A DNA stretch of 64,000 bases, from contig CAWJCS010000006.1 in assembly GCA_963841435.1 (NCBI GenBank), positions 896,001-960,000 of the forward strand, given 5' to 3'. The stretch is from an uncultured delta proteobacterium (GTDB lineage: Bacteria; Myxococcota_A; Polyangia; Polyangiales; Polyangiaceae). The notes under the pieces were generated by a model. The model made no database searches and was not told the DNA's origin. It saw nothing but the letters and a program-made list of their open reading frames with translations. Both the position numbers and the translations under genes were made by a program. The number at the start of each line of letters is the position of its first letter. The stretch's first letter is position 1. Of the stretch, positions 58,526 through 64,000 are shown piece by piece.

Positions 58526-60166
58526 GTGCGCTCGGCTAGGCTTTTCCAGGCATTTTTCGTGGCTCTGGCCGCGGCGCTCGGCGTCGGGTGCGCACGTGGC
58601 GCACCGACCGGCGACGGCGCCCGCGACGCGGTTCCCCCGACGGCGCTCGCGCCCCGCACGCGCGCCGAGGCCGTGTCACTCGCCGACCGTTTGGCCGTCG
58701 AGGCGTCGCGGGCGAGCGGCACGAAGAGCGCCGAGCGTTATGCGGAGGCCGCAGAGCTTCGCGAGCGCTTCTATCGGCTCGAGCATCGGGAGGCGGACGC
58801 GTTCGAAGCCGCCGAGCTCTTCGGCGCCGCGGCGCGCGCGGCACCCGAACGCCGCTGTGAGCTCGCTGCGAGGCAGGTCGCGCTCGAGGCGGAACGCCGG
58901 AGCGATCCCGCGGACGCATACCGCCGCCTCTACGCGGAGCGCCGACGCGCGACCGACGGAAGGTGCCGCAGCAAGCTCGAAAGCGCGTTGCTCGCGCTCG
59001 CGGCGTATCGTCCCACCCCGCGCGAGCTCGCGGCGCTCGACGCGGATACAGACGGCGTGCCAGTGCCCCCGGCGTCGGGCAGCGGCGCGCCGATCGCGAC
59101 CGTGGGTCGGGTCGTCGTCCCCGACGTTCCCGATGGCGGCACGGACCCCGCGCGCATCCTGCGGGTCGAGCGCTACGGCGCGAAGGATGCGGCGCGCGTC
59201 GTCGTGCATCTTTCTCGCCCGGCTCGTTTCGAGGTCTCCTCGTTGGCTGCAGCGGGGGGCGCGCCGCCCCGCATCGTCATCGACCTGCCGGGTGTCACTC
59301 GGCAGGGTAAGAGCTCCCTTTTGGTTGGCGGCTTGGTCGAGCGCGTTCGGCTGGGCAGCGATCCAGAAAGGGCCCGTGTCGTGCTCGATCTCTCGGGGCC
59401 CGCCTACTCGAGGGCTTTCTACCTACCCGAGCCGTTCCGCCTGGTCGTCGACGTGTCGAAGGACGCTGGCTCCGGCCCGGCGGGGCAGGGGGCGCGCAGC
59501 GTCCGGCGCGTCGTCCTCGATCCCGGCCATGGCGGGCACGATCCGGGTGCGGCCGGGCCGCAAGGCTTGCTCGAGAAGGACGTGACCCTCGACGTGGCGC
59601 ACCGCGCGGCGCCTCTGTTGGCCCGGGAGCTCGGGGTCTCGACGCTGCTCACGCGCGATGCCGACGTTTTCGTCGCGCTCGACGAGCGCACGGCGCGGGC
59701 CAACGCCTTCGGCGCCGACCTCCTGATCTCCATCCATTGCAATGCGAGCGAGGACGGGGGTGGCAAGGGTGTCATGAGCTTCGTGCTCGACGATGCGCGC
59801 GACGGCGCCGCGGCGCGTGTCGCCGCCCGCGAGAATGCCGCATCGGCCGCCGCGGCGAACGAGCTGGCGAGCGCGCTCAGCGGCTTTCTGGACCGGAACA
59901 CCGTGGCTCGCTCGGAGCACTTTGCCGCGTTGCTGCAACGGGCCAGCATGGCGTCGCTCGGCGTCCGTTACCCCGACGTTCCGGATCTCGGGGTGCGGCG
60001 GGCGGGCTTCTACGTTCTCGCAGGGGCGGCCATGCCGGCGGTGCTGTTCGAGGCGTCGTTCATTTCGAACCCGCTCGGTGAGGCGCGCCTGAACACGCCC
60101 GATTACCGAGAGAAGCTCGCCGACGCCATCGTCAATGCCGTGCGCGCCTACCAGGCTGGAAAGTAG
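58526..60166 (+). CDS. N-acetylmuramoyl-L-alanine amidase (AMIN + Amidase_3), lipoprotein
   Basis: Lipobox VGC; VVLDPGHGGHDPGA, EKDVTL, SIHCNA, PAVLFE..FISN. Confidence 0.93.
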   Translation: MRSARLFQAFFVALAAALGVGCARGAPTGDGARDAVPPTALAPRTRAEAVSLADRLAVEASRASGTKSAERYAEAAELRERFYRLEHREADAFEAAELFGAAARAAPERRCELAARQVALEAERRSDPADAYRRLYAERRRATDGRCRSKLESALLALAAYRPTPRELAALDADTDGVPVPPASGSGAPIATVGRVVVPDVPDGGTDPARILRVERYGAKDAARVVVHLSRPARFEVSSLAAAGGAPPRIVIDLPGVTRQGKSSLLVGGLVERVRLGSDPERARVVLDLSGPAYSRAFYLPEPFRLVVDVSKDAGSGPAGQGARSVRRVVLDPGHGGHDPGAAGPQGLLEKDVTLDVAHRAAPLLARELGVSTLLTRDADVFVALDERTARANAFGADLLISIHCNASEDGGGKGVMSFVLDDARDGAAARVAARENAASAAAANELASALSGFLDRNTVARSEHFAALLQRASMASLGVRYPDVPDLGVRRAGFYVLAGAAMPAVLFEASFISNPLGEARLNTPDYREKLADAIVNAVRAYQAGK

Positions 60167-60256
60167 TCAAAGGTCGTACCCCCCCGCCGGGCCCCGCGCG
60201 CCGCCTGCCGGGCGCCCGGGGCGGGGAAAAACGGCGTCGGGGGACCCGTGAGGCCG

Positions 60257-60285
60257 TTGACGAGCCCGGTACGGGGACCTAACTT
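60257..60285 (+). promoter_or_regulatory. sigma70-type promoter of dksA
   Basis: TTGACG-17 bp-TAACTT. Confidence 0.55.
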
Positions 60286-60336
60286 CTCGGGTCCTCTCGG
60301 GGCCGGATATCGGCCGCGGGACCGACAGGGTTGGCC

Positions 60337-60699
60337 ATGACGAAAGTGCAACTGAAGAAATTCCGCGAGATGCTCGAAGCGAAGCGGGAGGAGATCATCC
60401 GGCGCGCGCAGCAAACGCTCGATCAGGACATGGCCCTCGATACGGACGACTTGCCGGACGAGATGGACCTGGCGTCGAGCGAGTATCTGCAGTCGTTCAC
60501 GTTCCGCCTCAGGGGACGCGAGAAGGTGTTCCTCGACAAGATCCAGAAGGCCATCGACAAGATCGACAATGGCACCTTCGGCGTGTGCGACGATTGCGGC
60601 GACAAGATCTCGATCAAGCGCCTCGAGGCGCGTCCCGAGACGACGCTTTGCATCCGCTGCAAGGAAGACCAGGAGCGGGTCGAAAAGGACTTCGGCTAG
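60337..60699 (+). CDS. dksA: TraR/DksA C4-type zinc finger protein
   Basis: Coiled-coil tip DEMDLA; CDDCG..I..RLEARP..LCIRCKE. Confidence 0.9.
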   Translation: MTKVQLKKFREMLEAKREEIIRRAQQTLDQDMALDTDDLPDEMDLASSEYLQSFTFRLRGREKVFLDKIQKAIDKIDNGTFGVCDDCGDKISIKRLEARPETTLCIRCKEDQERVEKDFG

Positions 60700-60744
60700 T
60701 CCCGACCGGTTGGCGCGTGACGTCCTCGGCCTCGCCAGCGAGGC

Positions 60745-63669
60745 TCAGCGAGCGCGTGTTCGCCTGGCCTCGCGGGCGGCGTCCCTCACGCCGCTACCGG
60801 AGCGGACCGGGCTGGGCTTCGGATCGGGTCGCCCGCGATCACCGAGGGCCAGCGCGAGGTACCGCCCCGTGTGGCTGTTCGCGGCGGCTGCCACGAGCTC
60901 CGGTGGCCCCTGGGCGACAATCTGCCCGCCGCGCTCGCCGCCTTCCGGGCCGAGGTCGACGACCCAGTCGGCACAAGCGACGAGCTCGACGTTGTGCTCG
61001 ATGAACAGCACGGTATTGCCGGCGTCCCTGAGCCCGAGCAGCGCATGCGTCAAAAGCTCGATGTCCGAGAAGTGCAGACCCGTCGTCGGCTCGTCGAGGA
61101 CGTAGAGCGTGCGGCCCGTCGCCTTGCGTGAGAGCTCGGTCGCGAGCTTCACGCGCTGAGCTTCGCCCCCCGACAGTGTCGTGGCCGCCTGCCCGAGCTG
61201 GATGTAGCCGAGGCCCACCTGGCGCAGCGCCTGGAGCTTCTGGCGGATGCGCGGGATCGAATCGAAGAGCTCGCTCGCCGCGTCGACCGTGAGAGCGAGG
61301 GCGTCGGCAATGGAGAGCCCGCGGTACGCAACCTCCAGGGTTTCGCGGTTGTAGCGCTTCCCGCCGCACGCGTCGCAAAGCACGTAAACGTCGGGCAAAA
61401 AGTGCATTGCGACGCGCAGCACGCCGTCACCCTGGCAGGCCTCGCAGCGGCCGCCGCGGACGTTGAAGGAGAAGCGCCCGGGTTTGTAGCCGCGCGCCCT
61501 CGCGTCCGAGAGCCCGGCGTAGAGCTCGCGCAAGTGGGTGAAGATGCCGGTATAGGTCGCGGGGTTCGAGCGGGGCGTGCGACCGATCGCCGTCTGGTCG
61601 ATACTGATGACCTTATCGATGTTCTCGAGGCCCTCGATGCGATCGCAGGGGCCGACCCACCCCGTCGCCCCGTAGAGCTCCGCGCGGGCGGCGCTGAGCA
61701 GGGTGTCGACGACGAGGCTGCTCTTGCCGGAGCCGCTCACGCCCGTGATGGCGGTCAGGAGGCCGAGCGGCACCTCGAGCGTCACGTCTTTTAGGTTGTG
61801 GGCTCGCGCGCCGACGACGCGCAACGCCTGGCCGGTCGGGGGCAGCCGCTTTGCGGGGATGGGCAGGCGCCGCTTGCCGGAGAGATACGGGCCCGTGACG
61901 GAGTCGGGCGATTGCATGATCTCGGCGGGAGTCCCACAAGCCACGATCCGGCCGCCGTGGACGCCGGCGCCGGGCCCCATGTCCAGGATGTAGTCGGCCG
62001 CGAGAATCGCGTCGCGGTCGTGCTCCACGACGATGACGCTATTGCCCTTGTCGACGAGGCGGCGCAGGGCTGCGAGCAGTCGCTCGTTGTCGCGCGCGTG
62101 CAAGCCGATGCTCGGCTCGTCGAGCACGTAGAGGACGCCGACGAGCGACGCCCCGATCTGCGTCGCGAGGCGGATGCGCTGCCCCTCGCCGCCCGACAGC
62201 GAATGCGCCGCCCGGTCGAGCGTCAGGTAGTCGAGCCCGATCTCGAGCAAGAAGTGCAGACGCTCGGTCACGGCGCGCAACAGCGGGAGCGCGATCGCGG
62301 CGTCACGCCCAGGGAGCGCCGGGTCCGCCGCGAGCGCCAAGAGGAAGTCGCGCAGCGACCTGAGCGGCATGCGGCAAAGGTCGGCGATGGTCTTGCCGCT
62401 GACCCGCACGGCCAGCGCCTCGGGCCGCAAGCGCACGCCGTTGCAGGCGGCGCAGGTGCGCGTGACGACGAAGCGACCGAGGTCGTCGAGGCCGATCGCG
62501 CCATCCTCGGCCTCGTCACCGGTTTCCTCGGTGCCCTCCGATTCGAGCATTCGCTCGAGCCGCGGGACGATGCCCTCGTAGCTCGGGTCGCGGCCGCGCT
62601 TCTTGCCCTTGAGCGCCTTGGCCCCGTAGAGAATGGCGTCACGGTGCTGCTCGGGCAGCTCGGCGAACGGGGTGTCGGGGTTCACGCCGAGCAGCTCCAC
62701 GACGCGCGCGACCTCCGTCGCGGTCGCGACCGACCCGCGGCGACCGAACGCCACCACGGCGCCTTCGCGCAGCGAACGCGTGCCGTCGGGAACGATACGC
62801 GCCACGTCGACGGTCGAGCGCACGCCGAGGCCGTCGCAGACCGGGCACGCGCCGTGCGGGCTGTTGAAAGAGAAAAGGCGCGGTTCGAGGGGCGGTAGCG
62901 TGATGCCGTACTCCCAGCTCACGAGGCGCTCGCTCATCACCTGCGGCTCCTTGTCGTCCATGCCGTCGATGAGCAGCGTGCCGTCGCCGAGCTTGAGCGA
63001 GAGCTCGACCGAGTCGGTGAGCCGACCTTTCACGCCGTCCTTGACGACGATGCGATCGACCACGACGTCGAGATCGTGGGCCTTGGTGGGGTCCGGAGCC
63101 TCCGCTTCGCCGAGGTCGACCTGAACGCCGTCGATGCGAGCGCGCACGAAGCCGTCGCGCCGCAGGCGCTCGAGCTCGTCGGAGAGGTCGCCCTTCTGCT
63201 TTCGCACGAGCGGCGCGAGCAGGGCCGCCCGGGCGTCGGTACCCCGTGCGAGGATGCTGTCGACGATCTCTTGGACCGTGTAGGCCCGGAGCACCTTGCC
63301 GGATTTTGGACAGTGGGGCACCCCGACCCGGGCGAACAGGAGCCTCAGGTAGTCGGCGATCTCGGTGACCGTGCCGACGGTGGAACGGGGGCTCTTGCCG
63401 AGGCCCCTCTGCTCGATGGCGATTGCCGGGCTCAGCCCCTCGATGCTCTCGACCTTGGGTTTCGGCAATTGGTCGAGAAACTGCCGAGCGTAGGCCGAGA
63501 GAGATTCGACGTACCGGCGCTGGCCCTCGGCGTAGATGGTGTCGAACGCGAGCGAAGACTTCCCGGAGCCGCTTGGACCGGTGATGACGACCAGCCGGTT
63601 GCGCGGCAGGTCGCAGCTGATCTCGCGGAGGTTATGCTGGGCCGCGCCCCGAACCGCCAGAAAGTCCAT
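60745..63669 (-). CDS. uvrA: excinuclease ABC subunit A
   Basis: GPSGSGKSSLAFDTIYAEGQRRY, FSFNSPHGAC, two LSGGE.QR motifs, GRTPRSNP. Confidence 0.98.
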   Translation of the reverse strand: MDFLAVRGAAQHNLREISCDLPRNRLVVITGPSGSGKSSLAFDTIYAEGQRRYVESLSAYARQFLDQLPKPKVESIEGLSPAIAIEQRGLGKSPRSTVGTVTEIADYLRLLFARVGVPHCPKSGKVLRAYTVQEIVDSILARGTDARAALLAPLVRKQKGDLSDELERLRRDGFVRARIDGVQVDLGEAEAPDPTKAHDLDVVVDRIVVKDGVKGRLTDSVELSLKLGDGTLLIDGMDDKEPQVMSERLVSWEYGITLPPLEPRLFSFNSPHGACPVCDGLGVRSTVDVARIVPDGTRSLREGAVVAFGRRGSVATATEVARVVELLGVNPDTPFAELPEQHRDAILYGAKALKGKKRGRDPSYEGIVPRLERMLESEGTEETGDEAEDGAIGLDDLGRFVVTRTCAACNGVRLRPEALAVRVSGKTIADLCRMPLRSLRDFLLALAADPALPGRDAAIALPLLRAVTERLHFLLEIGLDYLTLDRAAHSLSGGEGQRIRLATQIGASLVGVLYVLDEPSIGLHARDNERLLAALRRLVDKGNSVIVVEHDRDAILAADYILDMGPGAGVHGGRIVACGTPAEIMQSPDSVTGPYLSGKRRLPIPAKRLPPTGQALRVVGARAHNLKDVTLEVPLGLLTAITGVSGSGKSSLVVDTLLSAARAELYGATGWVGPCDRIEGLENIDKVISIDQTAIGRTPRSNPATYTGIFTHLRELYAGLSDARARGYKPGRFSFNVRGGRCEACQGDGVLRVAMHFLPDVYVLCDACGGKRYNRETLEVAYRGLSIADALALTVDAASELFDSIPRIRQKLQALRQVGLGYIQLGQAATTLSGGEAQRVKLATELSRKATGRTLYVLDEPTTGLHFSDIELLTHALLGLRDAGNTVLFIEHNVELVACADWVVDLGPEGGERGGQIVAQGPPELVAAAANSHTGRYLALALGDRGRPDPKPSPVRSGSGVRDAAREARRTRAR

Positions 63670-63816
63670 CGCGAATCGTCGGTCGTAACACGAAACACCC
63701 CGAGCCGCCCCTCGTCCCGTCTGGGCGACAAAACACCGGGCTACTGTCGGAAAGTACACGGATTTCGGCCCCAGCTGGGGGTTTGCCGGTGGGCGCTCTT
63801 TCGGCTAGCTTCTCGC

Positions 63817-63890
63817 GGGCCCATAGCTCAATCGGTCAGAGCCCCCGGCTCATAACCGGGCCGTTCCTGGTTCGAACCCAGGTGGGCCCA
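63817..63890 (+). tRNA. tRNA with CAT anticodon, most likely tRNA-Ile2 (lysidine-modified); CCA not encoded
   Basis: GGGCCCATAGCTCAATCGGTCAGAGCCCCCGGCTCATAACCGGGCCGTTCCTGGTTCGAACCCAGGTGGGCCCA. Paired G1-C72 and no GGG/CCC run next to the anticodon loop, so not initiator; CGGCTCATAACCG arm is Ile2-like. Confidence 0.9.
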
Positions 63891-63949
63891 CTTCCCGTGC
63901 GGCGACGCCCTGATTAGAGCTAATAGAAGGAGCCAAGCTTAAGGTGACG

Positions 63950-64000
63950 ATGAACTTGCAGATTGAGGCGCTCGAGAGTCTGGCCGCACTGGACGCCGAG
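63950..64000 (+). CDS. 5' end of a gene, possibly C4-type zinc-ribbon (DUF164) coiled-coil protein
   Basis: MNLQIEALESLAALDAE; AAGGAG upstream; only 17 codons visible. Confidence 0.45.
   Translation, partial: MNLQIEALESLAALDAE

Noticed and set aside
63670-63810. LexA/SOS box upstream of uvrA
   Set aside because: No convincing match to the E. coli or M. xanthus-type consensus found by eye.

Overview
High-GC window from a myxobacterium (Myxococcota, probably Polyangiaceae/Sorangiineae-like, inferred from gene content). Bases 1-2480 are the right end of a decayed integrative element inserted at the 3' end of tRNA-Gly(GCC). It carries a partial TM0106/RecB-like nuclease gene, a 69-bp direct repeat pair and an N-terminally truncated tyrosine integrase. 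Bases 2.6-22.7 kb are core genome: two Hanks-type Ser/Thr kinases, an RND pump, two Hsp20s, pgm, pgi, frr, a PP2C phosphatase, tRNA-His and a histone deacetylase family gene. Bases 22.8-53.8 kb hold a large Glt-type gliding-motility locus: two outer-membrane barrels, a CglC/GltK-like lipoprotein, gltC-D-E-F-G, a TPR lipoprotein and a 3786-aa GltI/AgmK-like TPR protein. This locus joins the M. xanthus G1 and G2 clusters, and its gltD is broken by three +1 frameshifts. Bases 53.8-58.5 kb encode a candidate trans-envelope signalling module (barrel, FHA-sigma54 activator, TPR-PEGA protein, kinase-less membrane protein ending in NPF). The window ends with an amidase, dksA, uvrA, tRNA-Ile2(CAT) and the start of one more gene. 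All product calls come from motif recognition by eye, not database searches. Start codons were re-chosen from the ORF track where a better start was evident.
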